Shown here piece after piece: positions 1 to 8,800 of a stretch of 62,017 nucleotides of DNA; within the stretch, counting starts at the first letter, position 1; each line of letters starts with the position of its first letter. A model generated the notes under the pieces. The model was given only the letters and a program-made list of their open reading frames with translations, made no database searches and was not told the DNA's origin. Both the position numbers and the translations under genes were made by a program. Source of the stretch: an uncultured Clostridia bacterium (GTDB lineage: Bacteria > Bacillota > Clostridia > Christensenellales > UBA3700); assembly GCA_947176265.1 (NCBI GenBank), contig CAMWQA010000003.1, positions 1-62,017 on the forward strand, read 5' to 3'.

Positions 1-1
1 A

Positions 2-226
2 TCTATAAAATTGAAACAAAAACTAATGTTAGACAACTTTATAGAAAAAGTAATATTATATAATGATAAAATAGAAATACATTGCAAATACATAGACGAT
101 CCCGATGGTGCAGATGACCATCGGGATTTTGTTTTCTATACAACAAAATGTACTGTTGAAATTGATTGCCATACATTTGGTGGAAAATTAAAGAATTTTA
201 CTTATGAAATACAATTATTTATCTAA
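2..226 (+). CDS. 3' end of a CDS that runs off the left edge of the window; possibly the C-terminal tail of a large serine recombinase-type protein
   Basis: The frame is open from nt 2 to the TAA at 224-226. The listed 71-aa ORF begins at a TTG, so the true start is probably upstream of the window. '...DNFIEKVILYNDKIEIHCKY...' resembles the 'IEKIxVY..KIEI' tail of large serine recombinases. The match is short and weak. Confidence 0.3.
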   Translation, partial: SIKLKQKLMLDNFIEKVILYNDKIEIHCKYIDDPDGADDHRDFVFYTTKCTVEIDCHTFGGKLKNFTYEIQLFI

Positions 227-232
227 AATAGT

Positions 233-277
233 ATAAAAAAGAACTCAACTATACCTTTTTACGGGTTCAGTTGAGTC
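233..277 (-). terminator. Probable rho-independent terminator downstream of tRNA-Glu
   Basis: On the minus strand, GACTCAAC...GTTGAGTT (7-8 bp outer stem, imperfect interior) is followed by CTTTTTTATAC. The loop is large, so the call is moderate only. Confidence 0.4.
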
Positions 278-282
278 CCGAT

Positions 283-357
283 TGGTGACTCCATCGGGAA
301 TCGAACCCGAGTTACCGCCGTGAAAGGGCGATGTCTTGACCGCTTGACCATGGAGCC
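283..357 (-). tRNA. tRNA-Glu (anticodon UUC)
   Basis: The reverse complement reads GGCTCCA-TG-GTCAAGCGGTCAAGAC-A-TCGCC-CTTTCAC-GGCGG-TAAC-TCGGG-TTCGATT-CCCGA-TGGAGTC-A-CCA. This gives a 7-bp acceptor stem, a T-loop TTCGATT, an anticodon loop CTTTCAC (TTC) and an encoded CCA. Length is 75 nt. Confidence 0.9.
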
Positions 358-490
358 ATATTAAATTACGCTAATTCAATATAATATAAATGAAAAATAT
401 TGTCAACTGATTTTTTGTAATTATTCAAAATTGTTGAAATATTTTGGTTATATTCTTTAACTTCTAATAAATTCAATATTCAAGATATAC

Positions 491-1297
491 TTAATTATAT
501 GCCTTGAACTCTAGCGCCCTATTTACAAACTCAACAGTCTTTTCTGCGCAGAGTTGCGCGCGCTCGTCCAATCCGTGTCCGCCTCCTTCTACGAGAAGGT
601 ATTCGGTATAAACTCCGTAGGATTTTAAAATTTCATAGCCGTCCAAAGCATCTTTCTTGCGTCTGTCATTGTCGTTTTCTCCTTGCAAAAAGAAAGTCGG
701 ACATTTGACTTTGTCCATGTGCTCTATACAAAGATTCTTATCGTCGTCCTCAAAGAAAAGTTTGGAAATCTTTTTATAGCAATACTTTACAAGTCCACCG
801 TTATCCAAATGCTCTTTGTTGTCAAGATAAAATTGCCTTGGTCCGCCCGGATTGATTATATTATTACTTATCGCTGTGGCTACCGAAACGATAAACGCCA
901 ATTTTTGATATTTCTGCTCCATTCTGAAAGCCGCCGTAGTTCCGCTACTGATGCCAAAACAACCTATCAAACCGTCTTTAGATAAACCCGATTTGACTAT
1001 ATAATCATATACGTTGTTAACGCCTTCTCCCCACTTTGCGTGCGTAAAGTATCTGTTGTCGCCCCAAGTGCGATATTCGCCAAATTGGTCAAAGGAGAGA
1101 AACGCCATACCGTTTTTGATTGCTTCGTCTCTGACTTTTTTAGGCGTGCCCGCTATTATTCTGCCGCCGCCTAAAATTGGTCTTGTCCAACCATGACAAT
1201 AGATTATTACAGGTATATTTTTTGCGCCCTTATACGGAAGATAAAGTCTGCAAAAATTTCTCTCCGCGTTTTCCAATCTAAATACTTTCTTTATCAT
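491..1297 (-). CDS. Alpha/beta hydrolase (dienelactone hydrolase / S9 peptidase-like)
   Basis: HG oxyanion motif 'IIYCHGW', nucleophile elbow GxSxG 'GISSG', acidic 'GENDND' and C-terminal 'GGGHGL' histidine, in the canonical order. Confidence 0.75.
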   Translation of the reverse strand: MIKKVFRLENAERNFCRLYLPYKGAKNIPVIIYCHGWTRPILGGGRIIAGTPKKVRDEAIKNGMAFLSFDQFGEYRTWGDNRYFTHAKWGEGVNNVYDYIVKSGLSKDGLIGCFGISSGTTAAFRMEQKYQKLAFIVSVATAISNNIINPGGPRQFYLDNKEHLDNGGLVKYCYKKISKLFFEDDDKNLCIEHMDKVKCPTFFLQGENDNDRRKKDALDGYEILKSYGVYTEYLLVEGGGHGLDERAQLCAEKTVEFVNRALEFKAYN

Positions 1298-1313
1298 AAT
1301 ATCTACAAATTTT

Positions 1314-1763
1314 TTATATCAGTCTTTTGAACAACGCTTCGCAACCTGCTTTGATATCGTCGTAAGTCTTATCAAAATCGCCTGTATACCATGGGTCGGC
1401 GACGTCTCTGTCAGAGCCGACGTACTCGAGCATCGAATGAATTTTGCCGTCGGGATCACTGCCGAAAACTTTGAGCATATTGACGAGATTATAGCTGTCC
1501 ATACCTATAAACAAATCGTAGTTTGAATAGTCTTCTCTAGTCAGCCGCACGGCGCGTTTGCCCGCGCAACTTATGCCGTATTGCGACAGTTTGCGCGCTG
1601 TGCCGTAATGCACGGGCTTGCCTATTTCTTCGTTGCTTGTGGCAGACGACTTTATCAAAAAATCCTTTTCTTTGCCATGTCTTTTGACAATATCTTTAAA
1701 TACGAATTCCGCCATTGGCGAACGGCAGATATTGCCGTGACATACGAACATAATTCGATACAT
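1314..1763 (-). CDS. Low-molecular-weight protein-tyrosine phosphatase
   Basis: N-terminal P-loop 'MFVCHGNICRSPMAE' (CX5R(S/T)) and C-terminal 'DVADPWY' Asp loop. Length of 149 aa is typical. Confidence 0.9.
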   Translation of the reverse strand: MYRIMFVCHGNICRSPMAEFVFKDIVKRHGKEKDFLIKSSATSNEEIGKPVHYGTARKLSQYGISCAGKRAVRLTREDYSNYDLFIGMDSYNLVNMLKVFGSDPDGKIHSMLEYVGSDRDVADPWYTGDFDKTYDDIKAGCEALFKRLI

Positions 1764-1792
1764 ATATACTTCCTTTTGATTTATTAAGCTGT

Positions 1793-1824
1793 TTGAGATT
1801 TCTCCACTACGGTCGAAATGACAT
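1793..1824 (+). repeat. 32-nt intergenic repeat, single copy of the family that is clustered at 56338-56503
   Basis: TTGAGATTTCTCCACTACGGTCGAAATGACAT differs from the copy at 56472-56503 (TTGAGATTTCTCCACTTCGGTCGAAATGACAT) at a single position. It lies in the 105-bp gap between the truA stop and the phosphatase start. Confidence 0.8.
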
Positions 1825-1868
1825 AAATCTTTTGTTATATACTGACGGCTGATATACGCAGTCGGTTA

Positions 1869-2612
1869 CTAAACATATTCAACGCTCTCAAGATATAGTC
1901 CCTGAGGATCCAAAGTCTTTCCCGTCCCAACGTGTTTTTTTGATTGGATAATTTTTGAAATATCTTGCGGCGCAATTCTTCCTCTGCCTACGTCGACAAG
2001 CGTACCTGCGATGATGCGTACCATATTATGCAAAAAGCCGTTGCCGGTTACTCTAATATGGATCTCGTCGTCAAATTGCTCTACGCTCAAAGAGTAAATC
2101 GTGCGCACGGTATTTTCCTTTTCGTCATTTGCAAGCATAAAGGCCCTGAAATCGTAAGTACCCTCAAAATACTTGCAAGCGTCTTGCATTTTGGCAATAT
2201 CGAGGTCGTAAAAACAAATGTGAAAATACTTGCGTTTGAGCGGGCTGTGAATTTTGCAAAGGCATATTTTATATAGATACGTCTTGCGTTTTGCGCCGAA
2301 TTGCGCGTGGAATTCATCGTCTACTTTTTCGCAAAAAGTGACTGCTATATCCTTGGGCAGCAGCGTATTGATACTGTATCCGAAACTTGAAGTCTTTATC
2401 TCTTGCTCTACGTCAAAATGTACGACTTGCGCGATTGCGTGTACTCCCGCGTCGGTGCGTCCGCTTGGGTGCACGACAATGGGGTGTTGAAAGCGAGTGG
2501 AAAGAGCTTCTTCGAGTTTTTGTTGAACGGTAGGCAATGCGTTTTGTCTTTGAAAACCGTAATAATCGCTGCCGTCGTAGCACACCGTCAATTTATATCT
2601 TGCCATACTCAA
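1869..2612 (-). CDS. truA: tRNA pseudouridine(38-40) synthase TruA
   Basis: 'YKLTVCYDGSDYYGFQRQ' and the catalytic 'GRTDAGVHA' motif. It occupies the usual Firmicutes position directly after ecfT (4-nt overlap). Confidence 0.95.
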   Translation of the reverse strand: MSMARYKLTVCYDGSDYYGFQRQNALPTVQQKLEEALSTRFQHPIVVHPSGRTDAGVHAIAQVVHFDVEQEIKTSSFGYSINTLLPKDIAVTFCEKVDDEFHAQFGAKRKTYLYKICLCKIHSPLKRKYFHICFYDLDIAKMQDACKYFEGTYDFRAFMLANDEKENTVRTIYSLSVEQFDDEIHIRVTGNGFLHNMVRIIAGTLVDVGRGRIAPQDISKIIQSKKHVGTGKTLDPQGLYLESVEYV

Positions 2613-3511
2613 CCTGTAATTTTCATGATAAGTCTGTGTACAAAAATGTCGAGACCTTGGACTTCAAAACCGCCCAAGTCGGGAGCTTGCACTACTCCGC
2701 CGATATAATACTTGTCAAGGAAAATCAAGACTATCAGCGCGGTAAACACTAGGAATGATATTACGTCCGTGACTTTCAACTCAAAAGTCTTCATCTTGGT
2801 ACGTTTGCTAGACGCGTTGTAACATCTTGCGTCCAATGCGTCGGCTAGTTCGTCCGCGCGTCTGAATGCGCTGACAAACAGCGGTATAAGCACGGGCAGC
2901 ATAGCTTTGATTTTTTTGAAGAAATTGCCGCTGTCAAGGTTGGCTCCTCTTGCCTTTTGCGCCATCATAATCTTGTCCGTCTCTTCCATAAGTCCCGGGA
3001 TAAATCTCAACGCTATCGACATGATGATTGCCAAGTCGTGCACGGGAATTTTGATATAAGTCAACGGCTTTAACAGTACCTCAAGCGCGTCGGTAAGTTC
3101 CGTCGGAGTCGTAGTAAACGTCAATATCGAAGACCCAAGAACTAGCAACGAAAATCTCAACGCCATCTTGATTGCGAAATTGATGCCTTGGTCAGTGATA
3201 TTTATTGCGAGTTTTCCAAGCGGTATTGATAAAAGCACGTTGCCCGACGACGTGAAGAATATATTGATAATTGCCGTGAATATCAACAAAAACAACAAGC
3301 CGTTGATACTTTTAAAGACTATTCTAAAAGGTACTCGTGATATGGCGATAATAATCGTCAAAAGGAAGAACATGCAAAAGAAAGTCGTATACGATACGAT
3401 AAAGAATACCGATACCATATACATAAGCGTTATCAATATCTTAATTCTCGCGTCGATATTATGAACGAAAGACTTGACTGGATAATACTGCCCGAAAGAT
3501 ATTTCTCTCAC
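2609..3511 (-). CDS. ecfT: Energy-coupling factor transporter transmembrane subunit EcfT
   Basis: Polytopic membrane protein with the CbiQ/EcfT C-terminal coupling helices ('ALRFIP...', 'ARG...'). It overlaps ecfA2 by 4 nt. Confidence 0.9.
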   Translation of the reverse strand: MREISFGQYYPVKSFVHNIDARIKILITLMYMVSVFFIVSYTTFFCMFFLLTIIIAISRVPFRIVFKSINGLLFLLIFTAIINIFFTSSGNVLLSIPLGKLAINITDQGINFAIKMALRFSLLVLGSSILTFTTTPTELTDALEVLLKPLTYIKIPVHDLAIIMSIALRFIPGLMEETDKIMMAQKARGANLDSGNFFKKIKAMLPVLIPLFVSAFRRADELADALDARCYNASSKRTKMKTFELKVTDVISFLVFTALIVLIFLDKYYIGGVVQAPDLGGFEVQGLDIFVHRLIMKITG

Positions 3512-4602
3512 TCTTTATCCTCCTTATCTTTGCTCTTTGACTCGACTTCTTTTTTCGCCGGCTTAATTTTCTTGTCGTTCTTCAGTCCGAACTTCTTGCC
3601 TACTTTGTGCGACTTTTCGTCTTTAGGCTCTTCTTTTCTGGTAATGAGTCCCAACTCTTCTCGCTGCTCCGACGTCAGCCATTTTTGCGAAAAATCGTAC
3701 ATATCGAATATGCCTGCATTCTCGTCGATATCCGTAGAATGCGCTTCGTTGTATCTCTTTATTATCGCCTTGAGCAAGTCCTCTGCCGTGACAATTTCTT
3801 CGCCCAAATCCACTCCTCTTGCGCGCAAGTTGTTGACGACTTTGACGGCTCTGGGGATATCCAGACCCATCTTTTGCAATTGACGCGAATGTTTGAAAAG
3901 CTGTTGCATCGGCTCGTCATACGCTATATGAGAATCGTTGAATACGACTATCCTATTGGCAAAACGCGTAATCTCGTCGATATCGTGAGATATAACTATT
4001 ATCGTGGGAGAACAATGCGTCTTGAGATACTTTATCAAATTGAGTATTTGTTCTTTACCAAACGGGTCAAGACCCGCCGTAGGCTCGTCAAGTATAAGGA
4101 CTTTTGGTTGCATGGCGATAATACCAGCAATGGCTACTCTGCGTTTTTGTCCGCCGGATAGCTCAAAGGGCGCTCTGTCCTTGACGGCTTCATAGTCAAG
4201 TCCCACCATCTCGATAGCTTGTTTAACCCTTTTTGCGACTTCATCTGCGCTCAGTCCGAGATTTTTTGGACCAAAGGCAACGTCTTTTTCCACCGTGTCT
4301 GCAAAAAGCTGATATTCGGGATATTGGAATACCATGCCAACTTTGCTTCTCAACTTTCTCAAATTGACCTTTGGCTTTTTTTCGGGAGTAAGCTTGATAT
4401 CAAAAATTTCCACCTCGCCCACTTGAGGTTTAATCAATCCGTTTATATGTTGAATAAACGTGGATTTTCCGCTTCCCGTATGTCCGATGATACCGAGGAA
4501 ATCTCCCTCGTTTATTTCCAAATTTATATTCTCGAGGGCTTTTCTTTCATACGGAGTATGCGCGCTGTAGGTAAATGAAAGGTGCTTTATAACAATTGAC
4601 AT
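3508..4602 (-). CDS. ecfA2: ECF transporter ATPase EcfA2, with an extra ~80-aa Lys/Glu-rich C-terminal tail
   Basis: Walker A 'GHTGSGKST', Q-loop, ABC signature 'LSGGQKRRV', Walker B 'LILDEP' and H-loop 'ISHD'. The 364 aa exceed the usual ~280-290 aa. Confidence 0.9.
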   Translation of the reverse strand: MSIVIKHLSFTYSAHTPYERKALENINLEINEGDFLGIIGHTGSGKSTFIQHINGLIKPQVGEVEIFDIKLTPEKKPKVNLRKLRSKVGMVFQYPEYQLFADTVEKDVAFGPKNLGLSADEVAKRVKQAIEMVGLDYEAVKDRAPFELSGGQKRRVAIAGIIAMQPKVLILDEPTAGLDPFGKEQILNLIKYLKTHCSPTIIVISHDIDEITRFANRIVVFNDSHIAYDEPMQQLFKHSRQLQKMGLDIPRAVKVVNNLRARGVDLGEEIVTAEDLLKAIIKRYNEAHSTDIDENAGIFDMYDFSQKWLTSEQREELGLITRKEEPKDEKSHKVGKKFGLKNDKKIKPAKKEVESKSKDKEDKE

Positions 4603-5420
4603 AATCTATCCACAAGCTCCTCTTCGTTTACTATTCCGTCGCCCATATCTATACCTGCTTTCTGCAAAGATATAGCCATTTGAGTTTCCCAAGGCACGGC
4701 AAGTTTAATTGCCTTAAGTTCTTCATAATTCTTGAATACTTCTCTTGGAGTACCGTCAAAAGCAATTCTGCCGTCGTGCATAACGATAAGTCTATCGGCT
4801 TCCAAAGCCTCTTCCATAAAGTGCGTGATATGAATTACCGTGATGCCGTCCTGCTTATTGAGTTCGTGCGCGACTTCAAGAACCTCGCTCCTACCGCGCG
4901 GGTCGAGCATTGCCGTAGACTCGTCGAGTACCAAAATCTTTGGTTTGATTGCGAGTACTCCTGCGATAGCAAGACGCTGTTTTTGTCCTCCGCTCATTTT
5001 GAACGGCGTGCGTTTGCGATACTCGAGCATACCAACCTTTGACAAAGCCCACTCGACTCTGTTGATTATCTCGTCTCGCTCAACGCCGAGATTTTCAGGA
5101 CCGAACGCCACGTCGTCCTCGACGATTGAAGCAATCATCTGGTTGTCGGGATTTTGGAAGACCATACCCACGTTTTTTCTTATATCATATATCTTATTGG
5201 GGTCGAGAGTAGAGTTGCCAAAAATCTTGACTTCTCCGCTTGTAGGCAACAAAAGTCCGTTGAGCAACTTGGCAAGCGTACTCTTTCCGCTTCCGTTATG
5301 ACCCACGAGCGCAACGAAAGTGCCGTCCTTAATATTCAAAGAAATCCCCTTGACGGCGTCAATGCGATGAGAATCGTCGATATTATAAGAATACGTAACG
5401 TTGTCTAATGTAACAGCCAT
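4587..5420 (-). CDS. ecfA1: ECF transporter ATPase EcfA1
   Basis: Walker A 'GHNGSGKST', signature 'MSGGQKQRL', Walker B 'LVLDES' and H-loop 'ITHF'. It is the first gene of the ecfA1-ecfA2-ecfT-truA run. Confidence 0.9.
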   Translation of the reverse strand: MAVTLDNVTYSYNIDDSHRIDAVKGISLNIKDGTFVALVGHNGSGKSTLAKLLNGLLLPTSGEVKIFGNSTLDPNKIYDIRKNVGMVFQNPDNQMIASIVEDDVAFGPENLGVERDEIINRVEWALSKVGMLEYRKRTPFKMSGGQKQRLAIAGVLAIKPKILVLDESTAMLDPRGRSEVLEVAHELNKQDGITVIHITHFMEEALEADRLIVMHDGRIAFDGTPREVFKNYEELKAIKLAVPWETQMAISLQKAGIDMGDGIVNEEELVDRLCQLL

Positions 5421-5452
5421 TTACTTTCGTCTCGCCTCAAAATGTTTTGTAT

Positions 5453-5481
5453 ATTATACCATAAAAAATAAGAGATTACAA
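5453..5481 (-). promoter_or_regulatory. Putative sigma-70 promoter of the ecf-truA operon
   Basis: On the minus strand: -35 TTGTAA (5476-5481), a 17-bp spacer, and an extended -10 TGGTATAAT (5453-5461), about 30 nt upstream of the ecfA1 ATG. Confidence 0.5.
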
Positions 5482-5559
5482 ATATATGCCGCAAATTTTT
5501 CAAAGCGAAACTCAATATTATAATCTATAGCGAGACTTACAATAACCAAAAAGATTTAA

Positions 5560-5717
5560 GAGACGATAATTAAGTGAGCGCGAGTAAGATTGCGTAAGCG
5601 ATTTGCGCGATAAGCAGGATGCGTATTGCAGTCGTACTGGATGTACGTCGAGATGCGTAGACGAACTTAACGCTTAAATCAATAGCAAGATTACCGCGCG
5701 AACTTAATTACTGTCTC
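5560..5717 (+). repeat. ~155-bp structured intergenic repeat, copy A (partner at 54218-54375; diverged relative at 25333-25494)
   Basis: Roughly 85-90% identical by eye to 54218-54375 in the same orientation. Ends are imperfect inverted repeats (GAGACGATAATTAAGTGAGCGCG ... CGCGCGAACTTAATTACTGTCTC). The central hairpin core is GTCGTACTGGATGTACGTC. Confidence 0.85.
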
Positions 5718-5738
5718 AAAAAAATTCATAAAATTCTA

Positions 5739-5768
5739 TTGACTTGAATTATATATAAGTATTATAAT
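5739..5768 (+). promoter_or_regulatory. Putative sigma-70 promoter of the PFOR gene
   Basis: -35 TTGACT (5739-5744), an 18-bp spacer and -10 TATAAT (5763-5768). A GGAGG Shine-Dalgarno lies about 10 nt before the ATG at 5818. Confidence 0.5.
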
Positions 5769-5817
5769 TATTTAGGTTTAGATTAAACAATTATTCCTAA
5801 ACGGAGGTAAAATTTTA

Positions 5818-8800
5818 ATGAGTAAGAAAATGACAATCGACGGTAATACCGCTGCAGCTCACGTCGCTTACGCGATGAGTGAAGTTGCCGCTATTTACCC
5901 TATCACACCTTCTTCTCCTATGGCAGAAAACTGTGACGAATGGGCTACTGCAGGAAGAAAGAATATCTTTGGACAAGTTCTTAAACTTGCTGAAATGCAA
6001 TCTGAGGCAGGCGCGGCAGGCGCTGTGCACGGCTCTCTTATGGCTGGCGCATTGACGACCACCTTTACGGCAAGCCAAGGTCTCCTCTTGATGATTCCAA
6101 ATATGTATAAGATTGCAGGCGAGTTGACCCCTTGCGTATTCCACGTAAGCGCAAGAGCTTTGGCATACCACGCGCTCAATATTTTCGGCGACCACTCCGA
6201 CGTAATGGCTTGCCGTCAGACAGGCTTTGCAATGCTCTGCTCCAACTCCGTTCAGGAAGTCATGGATCTCGCTCTCGTAGCTCATCTTGCTACGCTCAAG
6301 GCAAAAGTTCCGTTCATCCACTTCTTTGACGGTTTCAGAACTTCTCACGAAGTATCCAAAATCGAAGTCATCGACTACGCAGATATCAAGAATACCGTCG
6401 ATAAGAAATATTTGCCTTACATAGACGAATTCCGTAAGCGCTCGCTCAACCCTGAGCACCCCATTCAAAAGGGCACGGCGCAAAACCCCGATATATACTT
6501 CCAAAACCGCGAGGCTTGCAACAGCTATTACGAAGCTGTTCCTCAAATCGTCGAAGAAGCTATGGAAGACGTCAAGGCTATCACGGGTCGCGAATACAAG
6601 CCTTATCAATATTACGGCGCTGAAGACGCAAAGTCAATCATCGTAATAATGGGCAGCGGCGCTGAAGCAGTCAGCGAAACGGTTGATTACCTCAACGCAA
6701 AAGGCGGCAAGTACGGCGTACTCAAAGTAAGACTTTTCCGCCCATTCTCCGCTCAAATGTTTGCAAACGCAATACCTGAAAGCGTAAAGAAAATCGCAGT
6801 ACTCGACAGAGTAAAAGAAAGCGGTAGCGCAGGCGAACCTCTCTACCTCGACGTCGTTACGGCTCTTCACGAAGCAGGCAGAAAGATTGCGGTTACCGGC
6901 GGCAGATACGGACTTGGAAGCAAGGAATTCACACCTTCTATGGTCAACGCTATCTTCAAGAATATGGAGAGCAAGGAAGCTAAGAACCACTTTACCGTCG
7001 GCATCGTAGACGACGTAACCAACACTTCTATCAACGTGAGTGAGAAGATTGACGCTTCCGCAAAGGGCGCTATCTCCTGCAAGTTCTACGGACTTGGCTC
7101 GGACGGTACGGTAGGTAGCAACAAAAACTCAATCAAGATCATCGGCGACTATACCGAGAAATACGCGCAAGCATACTTTGCTTACGACTCTAAAAAATCC
7201 GGCGGTATCACTGTATCTCACTTGAGATTCGGCGACACTCCAATCAGAAGTTCTTACCTCATCGACCAAGCAGATTTCGTAGCTTGCCACAATCCGTCAT
7301 ACGTAATCAAGTACGATATGATATCCGACCTCAAGGACGGCGGAACCTTCTTGCTCAACTCTCCTTGGACTTTGGAAGAGATGGAAAAACAACTCCCTGC
7401 AAGCATGAAGAACATGATTGCAAAGAAACATATCAAATTCTATAACATTGACGCTATCAAAGTCGTAACGGAAATCGGTCTCGGCAACCGTATATCCACG
7501 ACGATGCAAGCTTGCTTCTTCAAACTTGCAAACGTAATCGACTACGCTGAAGCTGATAAGCACATGAAAGAATTCGTCGTCAAATCATTCTCCAAGAAGG
7601 GCGAAAAAGTCGTCAATATGAACTTTGCCGCTATCGACAACGCAATCGCAAATATACAGGAAATCAACTACCCAGAGTCTTGGGCAACCACGACGGAAGG
7701 CGCAGTAACCAAGCCTGTTACCAACGACGCTTACTTCACGAAGATTATTGCTCCGATACTTGCTCAAGAAGGCGACAAACTCCCCGTATCTGCATTCGTA
7801 GATCACGCAGACGGCGCAGTACCTACCGGAACGACGAAGTTCGAGAAACGCGGTATCGCAGTCAAAGTTCCCGTATGGATAAAGGAAAACTGCTTGCAAT
7901 GTAATCAATGTTCTTTCGTATGTCCGCACGCTTGTATTATCCCCGTTGCTCAAAAGGCTGAGGCTCTTGCAAAAGCTCCAAAGACTTTTGAGACCGTTCC
8001 TATGAAGAATCCAAAGGCAAAGGATTACAACTTTAGAATTCAAGTATCCGCTCTCGATTGCTCGGGTTGCGGAAACTGCGCAAATATCTGCCCTGCTAAG
8101 CAAAAGGCTTTGGTAATGACTCCGCTTGCAGAAGTACTTGCAACGGGCGCTGCAAAGAATTGGGAATTTGCCGACAAACTCGGCGACAGCGACGTGCCAA
8201 TCGCAAGAGATTCCGTAATCGGAAGCCAATTCAACAGATCTCTCTTCGAGTTCTCGGGCGCGTGCGCAGGTTGCGGCGAAACTCCTTACCTCAAGGTAAT
8301 TACTCAACTTTACGGCGACAGAATGATCGTGGCAAACGCTACGGGTTGCTCCTCTATCTACGGCGGCTCTGCTCCTACTTGCCCATACAGCAAGAATAAG
8401 AAGGGCGAAGGCCCGGCTTGGGCAAACAGCTTGTTTGAAGACAACGCAGAGTTTGGTTTCGGTATGCTTACCGCTACTAACCAACGCAGAGTTAAGCTTA
8501 TGGAAGATATGGAAGCCGTCATGGCTCTCGGCGTAAGCGAAGACTTGGCAAGCAAGTTCAAAGCTTGGATGGCAACTTACAACGACGCTATCGCTAACAA
8601 GAGCGCAAGCGAAGAAATCAAGGCTGTAGTTGCTAAAGAAGCAAAAGCTGAAAAGGATAAAGAAAAGAAAGCTCTTCTCCAAAATATCGCAAAGAATACC
8701 GATTGCCTCGTCAAGAAGTCAGTATGGGCATTCGGCGGCGACGGTTGGGCTTACGATATAGGATACGGCGGTCTCGACCACGTACTCGCTCAAGGTCAAA

